Of a stretch of DNA of 64,000 nt, positions 10,030 to 18,989 are shown piece by piece. The notes under the pieces are model-generated. The model was not told the DNA's origin. It saw nothing but the letters and a program-made list of their open reading frames with translations, and made no database searches. Origin of the DNA: Candidatus Daviesbacteria bacterium (GTDB lineage Bacteria; Patescibacteriota; Microgenomatia; Daviesbacterales; UBA10151); NCBI GenBank assembly GCA_028687915.1, contig JAQTZF010000001.1, positions 418,634 to 482,633 of the forward strand, in the 5' to 3' direction. Position 1 is the first letter of the stretch. Each line of letters starts with the position of its first letter. Both the position numbers and the translations under genes were made by a program.

Positions 10030-10447
10030 TAATAATTTGGCGTGAAGTATCGTTTAAATATTCAAATTGTATTTTGGTAATTTTCGTTTTAGGTAAATTT
10101 GTTAACTTTTCTGCCCACTCAATAAGAAAAATATTTTTAGGATTTAGAAAAAGCTCGTTTAATCCTATTGAGTCTATTTCTTGTTTATCCTCTAATCTAT
10201 AGAGATCAATGTGAAATAATTTAGCCTGTTTTTCGTAAGGCAGATCATATTGCCTCATTAATATATATGTAGGGGAGAGGATTTTGGATTTTATTCCTAA
10301 TTCTTTTGCAAAACCAGCAACAAAGGTTGTTTTTCCTGCTCCCAATGGGCCATCTAATGTAATAATCCCTCCGTTTTTGAACTCCTGGGACAGCTTAGCT
10401 GCTAATTGTTGAGTTTCTTCTGCAGAATTTGTGATGAACTTACGCAT
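10019..10447 (-). CDS. tsaE: tRNA threonylcarbamoyladenosine biosynthesis ATPase TsaE
   Basis: GPLGAGKTTF, SPTY, HIDLYRL, IEWAE. Start placed at ATG 10447 (MRKFIT), 6 nt after a TATAAT. Confidence 0.93.
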   Translation of the reverse strand: MRKFITNSAEETQQLAAKLSQEFKNGGIITLDGPLGAGKTTFVAGFAKELGIKSKILSPTYILMRQYDLPYEKQAKLFHIDLYRLEDKQEIDSIGLNELFLNPKNIFLIEWAEKLTNLPKTKITKIQFEYLNDTSRQIIITD

Positions 10448-10454
10448 TTTCAGA

Positions 10455-11267
10455 TTATAACTTTTTGAATCTATCTTTGGCAATAAAAGTAAGAGCAAAA
10501 ATACCAAGAAGTACTAAAATTATACCTCCGGCAATAAAAACTAAACTTTTGAATGAAAATCCGTCGTCTTTTGTTTTAACAGGAGTGGGGGAAATATCAG
10601 CAGAACCAGTGCTGGATCCCAAAATAGATTCTGGCAAACTTACTTGATTGTCCTGAATTGAAGGAGTTATTGTCGATTTTTGCGAGGAAGTACTTGTTGG
10701 GGTTGTTACTTTTTTGGTAGGTGTGGGGGTTTTAGAAGAAGTAGGAGTAGGGGTTTTGGTGGGAGTGGGTGTATTTGTAGAAGTAGGTACTGTAGTGGGG
10801 GTTGGAGTAGACATTGTGGTAATAGATAATGTGATGTCATTATCAGATGATGTTGGTGTTGTACCTGTTGCAGTGAAGCGATTAATCTTTAAATTATAAT
10901 TACCAGAACCCTGAAATTGACTACTATTAGTATCAAGTTTTACCTTTAATATTCCGCTCCAGCTTCCTTCAGGACTGGTAGTAATAGATTTAAGGTTTTT
11001 ATCACTATTAGAAGATGAATAATTGATCCAACTTGTATCATTCCAGGTTAAGCCAAAATAATTGGTTGCACCTTCTCTTTTAAAAGCACCTTCAAGATAA
11101 TAGACCTTATTTCCTTGATTTTGAATAGACAGGTTAACTAACGCTTCTATTTCTTGGTTCTCATTAATATTGGTTTGGGGAACAGAAAAAGAAAAACCTG
11201 CTTGAGCTAAAGGGGTTAATAAAAACAAACTAACAATAATTCCCAGAATTATAGTACAAGTCTTCAC
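10455..11267 (-). CDS. Secreted surface protein: signal peptide, beta-rich domain, Thr/Pro/Ser-rich linker, C-terminal TM anchor
   Basis: N-terminal hydrophobic stretch ending AQA, TPTPTTVPTSTNTPTPTKTPTPT linker, C-terminal TM followed by KDRFKKL. Confidence 0.8.
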   Translation of the reverse strand: MKTCTIILGIIVSLFLLTPLAQAGFSFSVPQTNINENQEIEALVNLSIQNQGNKVYYLEGAFKREGATNYFGLTWNDTSWINYSSSNSDKNLKSITTSPEGSWSGILKVKLDTNSSQFQGSGNYNLKINRFTATGTTPTSSDNDITLSITTMSTPTPTTVPTSTNTPTPTKTPTPTSSKTPTPTKKVTTPTSTSSQKSTITPSIQDNQVSLPESILGSSTGSADISPTPVKTKDDGFSFKSLVFIAGGIILVLLGIFALTFIAKDRFKKL

Positions 11268-11293
11268 TGACTTTTATCGTAACATAACTTTTC

Positions 11294-12496
11294 TTAGAGT
11301 ACATGAAGATAATAACTTTTTGTTCCGTCACTATGGTCGACTCTCTTATAATACAAAGTACCACTGCCACATCTGATTCCTCCTTTGGAGAGGGTACCAT
11401 CTTTTACTGCTTTAACAGCTAAACCTGAACTGGAATACATATCAATTCCAGTGTGGGGTCCTCCACTATAGGCACCTGCCCTGGCATAAGGTGTCATACC
11501 ATAACCCTGGGTAATCATGATTTGTGAGTTAAGCGGCCAGTCCCAGGACCCGTGAGGAGAGATTGGTCCGGCATCTTGTCCACCATCGCCTGCTGCGTAT
11601 TTATAATCAGTATTTGATAAATAATTATTAGGATCCTGAAGGCTATCTCCGTTATGGACTTCAAAATGAAGATGAGTTCCAGAGGAACACGCACTTCTTC
11701 CATTAATAATATAGCCTACTGTAGCGCCTTTACTAATCGGCCCCATAGGAATTTCATTACCTTGTCCATGAAGAATTGCCAGGATTGCGCTTTGTTCTTG
11801 TTGGGCTTCTATTATTTTTTGTTGATAAACTGATTCATCATTTTTGGTAATGCGAAGTAAGTCTTCTTTAGACTTCTTTTGATCATCAAGTTGTGCTTGG
11901 TAGACTTTTAAATCTTTTCTTAATTTTTCCTGAGCAATTTGTCTTGATTGTTTATCAACTTTTTGGTCATTATAAGTTGTCTTGGTGGCTTGTAGCTGAT
12001 AAAGAACTTTTTTATCATTGGCCTGGGCAACAGATATATATTTAACTTTCTCCAGTAAATCAGTAAATCCATTAGTAGAAAAAAGGAGATCAATAGCAGA
12101 ATAATTTCCATATTTGTAAGTCTGAACAATTCTGTTTAATAGCACTTGGCTTAAATCATCAACTGTGGATGATAATCTGGTTATCCGGTTCGCGAGGTCA
12201 TTTATTTCATGGTCAAGTTTAGCTATTTGATTTTCAGCCTCAGTCATTTTTAATTCAGTGACTTTTGCCTGGGTATCAATAAAGGTAAGCTGTGACTTTA
12301 AAGTTTTTTCCTGTCCTTTTGCGTCATTTAATTGTTTCTGATATTTGGCAATTAAATCATTTAGACATTGTGATTTTTGATTTGCATCACCAATACTTGA
12401 GCAATTCTCATCCTCCGCCAAAAGGGGTTTAGCGGGGAGAAGAGCGGATAATAAAAAAATAATTAAGAAGGTCAAGAAAAAAACTGCTTTTTTCAT
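11294..12496 (-). CDS. Coiled-coil plus M23-family metallopeptidase (EnvC/PcsB-like FtsEX partner), circularly permuted M23 domain
   Basis: Signal peptide, long coiled coil with PcsB-type YKYGNYSAIDLLFSTNGFTDLL, M23 motifs SSGTHLHFEV and HTGID. Directly downstream of ftsX. Confidence 0.85.
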   Translation of the reverse strand: MKKAVFFLTFLIIFLLSALLPAKPLLAEDENCSSIGDANQKSQCLNDLIAKYQKQLNDAKGQEKTLKSQLTFIDTQAKVTELKMTEAENQIAKLDHEINDLANRITRLSSTVDDLSQVLLNRIVQTYKYGNYSAIDLLFSTNGFTDLLEKVKYISVAQANDKKVLYQLQATKTTYNDQKVDKQSRQIAQEKLRKDLKVYQAQLDDQKKSKEDLLRITKNDESVYQQKIIEAQQEQSAILAILHGQGNEIPMGPISKGATVGYIINGRSACSSGTHLHFEVHNGDSLQDPNNYLSNTDYKYAAGDGGQDAGPISPHGSWDWPLNSQIMITQGYGMTPYARAGAYSGGPHTGIDMYSSSGLAVKAVKDGTLSKGGIRCGSGTLYYKRVDHSDGTKSYYLHVL

Positions 12497-12504
12497 AAGA
12501 AAAA

Positions 12505-13383
12505 TTAGATGTGCAAATAACGTCTTACAGCAATGAATGAGCCGATTGCTCCAATTAAGGCTGCAACAACTAAATTAGATAACAAAAATAACATCATAGT
12601 AATAATAGAGATAGGGAAGATAATTGTGGATACCTCACCTAAGTTATTAAGTAGTAATGGTTCAAAATACCATAAAGTTAAAAAGCTAAATAACCAACCC
12701 AGGAAAGCTCCTGTAGAAGAATAAAAGATACCTTCAAAAATAAAAGGCATTCTGATAAACCAATTTGATGCACCAAGTAGCTTCATTGTTTCAATTTCAT
12801 CACGTTTAATTCTGATTTTAAAACCGATGATCATAATTGTAATTAAAATGGAAAAACCAATTAGGAATAAGACTACGCTACCTCCAACAACCCTAATTAA
12901 TCTGGTAGCTGTACTAAGGGAAGCTACAACATCTTCCGGAAAAACTACTTCCTCAACAACAGGCTCTTTTTTAACAATTTCAGCAATTGGTTTTAAGTCT
13001 TCTGGGGTGTAAGTAGAAATTTCCAGGGAGGAAGGTAATATATTAGCAGTTACCAACTCAAGCAACATGGGATTAGATTTATTTCGATCGCGATAAATTT
13101 GTAGGGCATCATCTTTTGATACGTATTTAAATTTGGATGTTTTCCCTGTTTTTTCTAAGGCGTTTTGAATTGCTTTTACATCATTTATACTGGTTCCATC
13201 CTTAAAGAAGGCAATAGCTTGTGGTTTGCTTTCATAATAATTAAGAATTTGTTGTGAACCAGTAGCGAGAAGTAGAAAAGTAGACAAACTTAAAAATGTT
13301 AAGAACATAATCATCAAAGCAGCTATAGCCTGGTAAGGTGTTCTACGGATATTTCGTTTTGCTAAATTAAAAAAATTCATCAT
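12505..13383 (-). CDS. ftsX: Cell division permease FtsX
   Basis: Four TM segments, YVSKDDAL, NILPSSLEI, RDEIETMKLLGASNWFIRMPFIFEG. Follows ftsE. Confidence 0.93.
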   Translation of the reverse strand: MMNFFNLAKRNIRRTPYQAIAALMIMFLTFLSLSTFLLLATGSQQILNYYESKPQAIAFFKDGTSINDVKAIQNALEKTGKTSKFKYVSKDDALQIYRDRNKSNPMLLELVTANILPSSLEISTYTPEDLKPIAEIVKKEPVVEEVVFPEDVVASLSTATRLIRVVGGSVVLFLIGFSILITIMIIGFKIRIKRDEIETMKLLGASNWFIRMPFIFEGIFYSSTGAFLGWLFSFLTLWYFEPLLLNNLGEVSTIIFPISIITMMLFLLSNLVVAALIGAIGSFIAVRRYLHI

Positions 13384-13384
13384 T

Positions 13385-14068
13385 TTAATGAGTAGTATAC
13401 CCTCCTTCTTTGATGTCTTTAATTATTTTTCCTTTTTTTAAAGTAATGACCCTTCTTTTTTGTAAGTCAACAATTTCTTTATTATGAGTAGCCATTAAAA
13501 CAGTAGTTCCCCAGGAGTTGATTTCAACGAGTAATTGTAAAACAGACCACGCAGTTTCTGGATCAAGGTCTCCTGTTGGTTCATCAGCTAATAAAATCTC
13601 TGGTTTTCCAATAATAGCTCTGGCGATTGCTGTTCTTTGGGCTTCTCCTCCTGAAAGTTGCTTAGGAAAAAGATATCGTCTGTCCCAGATATCAAATAAT
13701 TTGAGTGTTCTTTCTACTTCTTTGGCAACCTCTGTGTCGTTTGTACCTCTGACATGTAACGGCAGGGCAACATTTTCCAGTACTGTACGATCATCTAGTA
13801 ATTTAAAGTTTTGAAAAACAAAACCAATCTTTCGTCGGTAAAAGGGAAGTTCATTTGAATTTAGTTTTGTTATATCTTTATCATCAACCAATATTTTACC
13901 TGTAGTTGGTAAATATTCTCTGGCTAATAAGCGAAGAAGTGTGGATTTACCGGCACCCGATGGTCCGACCAGAAACACAAATTCACCATTCTCAACTTCA
14001 AGATTAATATCCTCTAAAGCAGTGATATTAGTGGTAAATTTTTTTGTAACGTTTTGAAATTGAACCAT
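13385..14068 (-). CDS. ftsE: Cell division ABC ATPase FtsE
   Basis: GPSGAGKST, RRKIGFVFQNFKLL, LSGGEAQR, ADEPTGDLDP, ATHN. ATG at 14068 preferred as start. Confidence 0.94.
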   Translation of the reverse strand: MVQFQNVTKKFTTNITALEDINLEVENGEFVFLVGPSGAGKSTLLRLLAREYLPTTGKILVDDKDITKLNSNELPFYRRKIGFVFQNFKLLDDRTVLENVALPLHVRGTNDTEVAKEVERTLKLFDIWDRRYLFPKQLSGGEAQRTAIARAIIGKPEILLADEPTGDLDPETAWSVLQLLVEINSWGTTVLMATHNKEIVDLQKRRVITLKKGKIIKDIKEGGYTTH

Positions 14069-14108
14069 AATTTTAAAAATTCCGAACACTAGAAAGAAGC
14101 TAGGTGGT

Positions 14109-14546
14109 TTATTGTAACTCTACCTTACCTACATCCATTAACCAACCTTCTTTCATAGCTTTTTGAGTTTCTCCAAAAACCTTAACCTTCTTGCCTTCAT
14201 ATTGACTAAGATCAACAACAGAAGAGGTTAAAGCAACAGGGGTACCACCAATTCTTACTAACAGATGAGTACCTTCTACATAATCATTTGGATTTTTTGG
14301 GGCTGGTTGTTTTTGAATTACACCTTCAGCAAAATCTCTAAAAGTTCTGGTGTCCTGGCTGGCTGCTTTAGCTGGTGTATTAGTTGAACCTGTAGATAGT
14401 GCTTGGGTGCTAGTCCTATTTGAAGTTGATAAAAAATATCCAGAAATTATTCCTAAGATAATTGATGAGACTAAAACTGCTAAAAATATTTTATTGATAT
14501 TTTCAGTTTTTAAATATTTGACTGGAGTTTCGGCAGCAGATTCCAT
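14109..14546 (-). CDS. Hypothetical membrane-anchored protein with a small beta-rich (OB-like) C-terminal domain
   Basis: One N-terminal TM, S/T-rich linker, C-terminal DLSQYEGKKVKVFG. Lies between prfB and ftsE in the same orientation. Confidence 0.75.
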   Translation of the reverse strand: MESAAETPVKYLKTENINKIFLAVLVSSIILGIISGYFLSTSNRTSTQALSTGSTNTPAKAASQDTRTFRDFAEGVIQKQPAPKNPNDYVEGTHLLVRIGGTPVALTSSVVDLSQYEGKKVKVFGETQKAMKEGWLMDVGKVELQ

Positions 14547-14550
14547 TAGT

Positions 14551-15648
14551 CTATTTTACCTGTCCTGGTCTTGTTTTGTCCAGTACCCTGACATCCGCTT
14601 CGATAAATGCTTGAAGATCTCCATCCAGAACTGCATCAGTATTGGAAGTTTCCACATCTGTTCGAAGATCTTTAACCATGTGATAAGGGTGTAAAACATA
14701 AGATCTGATTTGTGTACCCCAGGATGCTTGTCTATTTTCACCTTTAAGCTCATCAGTTGCTTGTTTTTCTTGTGATTGTTGTAAATCCCACAGTTTTGCT
14801 TTAAGTAAAGCCATTGCATTTTCCCTATTTTGAAGCTGAGATCTTTCTGTTTGAGCTGTTACCACAATTCCTGTAGGAATATGTTTGACCCGAACAGCTG
14901 TATTAACCTTATTAACATTTTGACCTCCAGCTCCACCAGACCTGAAAGCATCAAATTCTATATCTGCTGGATTAATTACTACTTCTCCCTCATCTTCAAT
15001 AACTGGAAGAACTTCCACTAAAGCAAAAGATGTTTGTCGAAGTTTATCAGCGTTAAAAGGGGATTGTCTTACTAAACGGTGGGTACCTGCTTCACCTTTA
15101 AGATAACCGTATGCAAAAGGTGAGTGGACAATCATAGAAATAGATTTAATTCCTGCTTCTTCGCCCATATCTTCGTTGGTTATTTCAAACTGCCAGCCAG
15201 CCTTTTCAAAAAATCTTTGATACATACGGGATATCATTCCTGCCCAGTCCATAGCCTCTACACCTCCTGCACCGGAATGAATAGATATAATTGCTTCTGA
15301 TTCATCATGAGGATTTGATAAAAATAACTGCATTTCCAGTTCATCCACAGTTTCTTCTAATTCACGGGATTCTTTGGATAAATCATCCTTCATTGATTCT
15401 TCATCTGCTAGCTCTAAAGCATTATTAATTCTTTGTTCTAAGCTTTTTAAACTATTAAGTAATTTTTGTTTTTGAGATAAAGAGCGCGAAACTTTTTGTG
15501 CTTGTTCTGAATCATTCCAAAATCCTGGCAAATTCATTTGATCTTCCAGTTGTTGGATTTCTTCTTGGATTTTATCCCTATCAAATTGCTGAGAAATCTT
15601 ACCAAATTTATTTTTTAGTTCTTGTAAACTATTTTTAATTTCTTCCAT
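14551..15648 (-). CDS. prfB: Peptide chain release factor 2, no programmed frameshift
   Basis: SPF specificity motif (VRQSPFNA), [18 protein letters not shown]. One continuous ORF. Confidence 0.96.
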   Translation of the reverse strand: MEEIKNSLQELKNKFGKISQQFDRDKIQEEIQQLEDQMNLPGFWNDSEQAQKVSRSLSQKQKLLNSLKSLEQRINNALELADEESMKDDLSKESRELEETVDELEMQLFLSNPHDESEAIISIHSGAGGVEAMDWAGMISRMYQRFFEKAGWQFEITNEDMGEEAGIKSISMIVHSPFAYGYLKGEAGTHRLVRQSPFNADKLRQTSFALVEVLPVIEDEGEVVINPADIEFDAFRSGGAGGQNVNKVNTAVRVKHIPTGIVVTAQTERSQLQNRENAMALLKAKLWDLQQSQEKQATDELKGENRQASWGTQIRSYVLHPYHMVKDLRTDVETSNTDAVLDGDLQAFIEADVRVLDKTRPGQVK

Positions 15649-15654
15649 GGGTGA

Positions 15655-15663
15655 ATTATAACA
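15655..15663 (-). promoter_or_regulatory. Extended -10 element TGtTATAAT, 6 nt before the prfB ATG (leaderless-type)
   Basis: + strand ATTATAACA at 15655-15663; ATG at 15648. Confidence 0.6.
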
Positions 15664-15719
15664 ATAATGGACTAATTAGTAAGATACTTCTACACTTTTC
15701 CGGTGAAAGACTATATATT

Positions 15720-15983
15720 TTAAATTTTAGAATCTGGGGTAAGGATTGTTTCAGTTGGCCATCCATTTTGATCTCTGTTTTCAAAATCAAAGCTTACTCT
15801 TCCATTTTCTGTTTCCATCGAAACAGTACCATTAATTACACCTGGTGTTCTTAATACTCCATAAAGTGAAGTTAAATAAGTATCTTTGGTTGGATTAAGT
15901 TAGTTTTTAGCAGGAATTACTTCTTGATTGGCATCAGAAGAGGGATCCTTTTTTCTATCCAAGATTCTTTTAAATATTTCCAT
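15720..15983 (-). pseudogene. Interrupted hypothetical ORF (88 codons including stops, one internal TAA)
   Basis: Manual translation: MEIFKRILDRKKDPSSDANQEVIPAKN*LNPTKDTYLTSLYGVLRTPGVINGTVSMETENGRVSFDFENRDQNGWPTETILTPDSKI*. Internal stop at 15900-15902; fills the gap between prfB and tsaB. Confidence 0.5.
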
Positions 15984-16033
15984 ATTTTCTTACTTATAAG
16001 TTAACATCAGAAATCTAAAAAATCAAGAAAGTA

Positions 16034-16042
16034 TGCTAAAAT
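16034..16042 (+). promoter_or_regulatory. Extended -10 element TGcTAAAAT, 6 nt before the tsaB ATG
   Basis: Seen at 16034-16042; ATG at 16049. Confidence 0.55.
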
Positions 16043-16048
16043 TTGGGT

Positions 16049-16357
16049 ATGATTCTGCACATTGATACTAAAGACAGAAAAGTTATTACAGTGTCCCTGA
16101 AAAAAGAGGGGGAAATTATAAAAAGTTTGAGTGAAGAAAATGAATATGGTTCACAAGTACTGTTGCCTTTGATTACCAAATTACTGAAAAAAGAGAATAT
16201 AGAATTTAAGGATTTAACTGCAGTAGAAGTGGAGGAGGGGCCTGGTTCTTTTACAGGACTTAAGGTTGGTGCTTCTGTTGCTCAATCTTTAGGTTTTGCT
16301 TTAAATATTCCTGTAAATGGGAAGCTAAATGAACCTGTAACATTGAAATATACCTAG
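16049..16357 (+). CDS. tsaB: Short TsaB (N-terminal domain only, 102 aa)
   Basis: MILHIDT, SQVLLPLITKLL, GPGSFTGLKVG, LGFALNIPV match the TsaB/YeaZ N-terminal half. Confidence 0.8.
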   Translation: MILHIDTKDRKVITVSLKKEGEIIKSLSEENEYGSQVLLPLITKLLKKENIEFKDLTAVEVEEGPGSFTGLKVGASVAQSLGFALNIPVNGKLNEPVTLKYT

Positions 16358-16376
16358 GTGTAGGTATAAACTATAG

Positions 16377-17294
16377 ATGATGTTTAATAAAATTTCACAT
16401 TATTTCATTCCACATCCTCAAACACATCAAAAAGCAAAACTTTTATCCTGGCAGTTTTTAGTTATTTATATATTATTTTTTATTTTAATTAGAGTTGGTT
16501 TAGATATAGTTGCTATTTATAAGCCAGGAACTTTAGGTGTTAGTGCAGAGTTAAGTGTTGAAAAAATAATTGAAGACACCAACAGAGAAAGACAAAAAAA
16601 TGGGCTTGCACCTGTTACTTATAACAGTGCATTATCAGAAGCAGCTAAAATGAAGGCTCAAAATATGTTTGCTGAAAATTATTGGGCTCATTTTGCACCA
16701 AGTGGTAAAGATCCCTGGGGCTTTATGAGAGATGCTGGTTATAGATTTTCTTATGCAGGAGAAAATTTGGCAAGAAACTTTTCTAATTCAGAAGATGTAG
16801 TAAGCGCCTGGATGGCTTCTCCAACTCATCGTGAGAATCTTTTAAATTCAAAATATCAGGATATTGGTATAGCTATTGAAGATGGAATATTACAAGGTCA
16901 AAAAACTACCCTGGTAGTACAAATGTTTGGACATCCATACCAAGCAATAGCAGCCCAGCCTCAGGCACTCCCTCAACCTAAATCAGAAGTTCAGGTTATT
17001 GCAGATGTACAAATAGAGCCAACTATTGTTCCGCAAGTTCCAAGCAGTAAAGAGATTGCGGTTGCCGGAACTCAAAAAGAACCAGTTTCAAATGCTGTTT
17101 TTGATCCTGCTACAATAATGAGAGTTGCTGGATTCAGTTTGCTTGTGTTTATTTCCATATTACTCTTAATAGATTTCCTGGTACTGCGAAGAAGAGGAGT
17201 GTTTCGCTTATCTTCTGCACATGTTGCTCATCTTAGCTTTTTGGCTTTGACTGGAGCATCAACAATATTTGCTAAGGTAGGAGAAATATTATGA
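16377..17294 (+). CDS. Membrane-anchored CAP (SCP/YkwD) domain protein
   Basis: TNRERQKNGL, WAHFAPSG, AGENLA, WMASPTHRENLL, DIGIA. One N-terminal and two C-terminal TM segments, P/Q-rich linker. Confidence 0.88.
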   Translation: MMFNKISHYFIPHPQTHQKAKLLSWQFLVIYILFFILIRVGLDIVAIYKPGTLGVSAELSVEKIIEDTNRERQKNGLAPVTYNSALSEAAKMKAQNMFAENYWAHFAPSGKDPWGFMRDAGYRFSYAGENLARNFSNSEDVVSAWMASPTHRENLLNSKYQDIGIAIEDGILQGQKTTLVVQMFGHPYQAIAAQPQALPQPKSEVQVIADVQIEPTIVPQVPSSKEIAVAGTQKEPVSNAVFDPATIMRVAGFSLLVFISILLLIDFLVLRRRGVFRLSSAHVAHLSFLALTGASTIFAKVGEIL

Positions 17295-17551
17295 ACATAT
17301 TAAAATTTATTAAAAAAATAGATCTCAGTTGGTTATTTCTTATTACTACACCAATATTTGTGATTGCCTTATTTTGGTTTAGGTTTACACCAAGTGTGGA
17401 GTTTATTATTTTCTTTATAGCTACATGTTTTTATTTGACTTTAGCTTTAATTCATCATTTTTATCAAAAAACTTTAATATTAGAGATTGTGATAGAATAC
17501 ATTTTAATCAGTGTTTTAGCTTTGATTATTATACAAAGCTTGATTTTATAG
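17291..17551 (+). CDS. Small hypothetical membrane protein (about 3 TM)
   Basis: Hydrophobic 86 aa ORF with an ATGA overlap on the CAP gene. Confidence 0.7.
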   Translation: MNILKFIKKIDLSWLFLITTPIFVIALFWFRFTPSVEFIIFFIATCFYLTLALIHHFYQKTLILEIVIEYILISVLALIIIQSLIL

Positions 17552-17561
17552 GGCTTAATTT

Positions 17562-18098
17562 ATGGATGATATTTTTCAAAAAACAGGTATCGCAGGAGTT
17601 TATTTAATCAATCGTCCGGTATACCCTGATGACCGTGGATTTTTTCATGAAACATTTAGAAAAAATGAATTAGAAGAAATAATTGGTGAGAAGTTTGATA
17701 TTGTGCAGCAAAATCATTCACGTTCAGTAAAAAATACTTTAAGGGGAATTCATGTGGCACCATGGTCAAAGTTGATCTATGTTCCCCGGGGAAAGGTACA
17801 ACAAGTGGTTGTAGATTTAAGAAAGGATTCACCAGATTTTGGTAAGTGGATTTCAGTAACTTTAGGAGAAGAAAATAAATCTGCATTATTTGTTCCGCCT
17901 GGATGTGGGAATGCATTTTTAGTTTTAAGTGAGGAATGTGATTATACTTATTTAGTTACTGATTATTGGGCACCAGGTAAAGAATTAAGTGTAATATGGA
18001 ATGATAGTGATTTAAAAATTGATTGGCAGGTTCAAGACCCGGTACTCTCAGAAAAAGATCAACAAAATCCAACCCTCAAAGATTTTAAAAATTCATGA
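17562..18098 (+). CDS. rmlC: dTDP-4-dehydrorhamnose 3,5-epimerase family (cupin)
   Basis: DDRGFFHETF, QQNHSRS, LRGIH, VVVDLRKDSP, LFVPPG, IWNDSDLKIDW, LSEKD. Confidence 0.9.
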   Translation: MDDIFQKTGIAGVYLINRPVYPDDRGFFHETFRKNELEEIIGEKFDIVQQNHSRSVKNTLRGIHVAPWSKLIYVPRGKVQQVVVDLRKDSPDFGKWISVTLGEENKSALFVPPGCGNAFLVLSEECDYTYLVTDYWAPGKELSVIWNDSDLKIDWQVQDPVLSEKDQQNPTLKDFKNS

Positions 18099-18976
18099 AA
18101 CAAAAGCTTCTAATTTTTGGTGGAGCAGGGCTTATTGGTTCAAAATTTATTGAGAAGTATAAAGATTATTTTGAAATTGATGCTCCAACAATTGATGAGC
18201 TGGATATTTTAAACAAACCCGTTGTTACAGAATACATTAAAAATTCTGGGGCAAACCTATTAATTAATTATGCAGCATATACAGATGTAGATAAAGCAGA
18301 AGCAGAGAAGGGAAATAAAGAAGGGATTGTTTATAGATTAAATTCTGAAATTGTTAAAGATCTTTGTGAAATTTGTAAACCTTTAAATATGCATTATATT
18401 CATTTTTCTACAGACTATGTTTTTGATGGTGAAAAAGCAGACAGCCCTTATACAGAAGAAGATAAACCAAATCCATTAAGCTGGTATGGTGAAACTAAAT
18501 ATTTTGCTGAACAATTTATTTTAGAAAGTAATGTAAAAAGTACCATAATCAGAACCTCAATGCCATTTTCTTCGCATTTTGATTTAAAACAGGATATAGC
18601 TAGGATTTTCTTAAAACTTCTAAAAGACAACCAGGAAATAGTTGCTATCAATGATCAGATGGTAACTCCTGTTTTTGTTGATGATTTGGCAAATGCTTTA
18701 AAAACTTTAATAGAGGAAAAGGAAGAGGGTATCTATCATGTTGTTTGTTCAAACTACACGACACCTTTTGATTTAGCAAAAATAATTGCAGAAAAATTTG
18801 GATTAGACAGCTCCTTAGTTAAGCCTACAGAAATTGCTGAATATAATAAAACAAGAGAAGCAAAAAGGTCTAAATATGGCTGGATGAGTGTTAAAAAGTT
18901 TGAAAATAGGTTTGGTAAGGGAATTTTACACAGTGTTGAAGAAAGTATTGACCTATTCAAACAACAAATAGTATGA
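18095..18976 (+). CDS. rmlD: dTDP-4-dehydrorhamnose reductase family
   Basis: GGAGLIG, AAYTDVDKAE, FSTDYVFDG, YGETK, DQMVTP. Confidence 0.88.
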   Translation: MKQKLLIFGGAGLIGSKFIEKYKDYFEIDAPTIDELDILNKPVVTEYIKNSGANLLINYAAYTDVDKAEAEKGNKEGIVYRLNSEIVKDLCEICKPLNMHYIHFSTDYVFDGEKADSPYTEEDKPNPLSWYGETKYFAEQFILESNVKSTIIRTSMPFSSHFDLKQDIARIFLKLLKDNQEIVAINDQMVTPVFVDDLANALKTLIEEKEEGIYHVVCSNYTTPFDLAKIIAEKFGLDSSLVKPTEIAEYNKTREAKRSKYGWMSVKKFENRFGKGILHSVEESIDLFKQQIV

Positions 18977-18989
18977 TCTAAAACAGTCA

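Noticed and set aside
10690-10830. Repetitive GT-rich DNA (GTAGGAGTAGGGGTT...)
   Set aside because: It encodes the Thr-Pro linker of 10455-11267; there are no fixed-length repeats with spacers, so it is not CRISPR or a VNTR.
15651-15854. 67 aa plus-strand ORF between prfB and tsaB
   Set aside because: GTG start overlaps the prfB promoter and the sequence is not protein-like; the opposite-strand interrupted ORF explains the region better.
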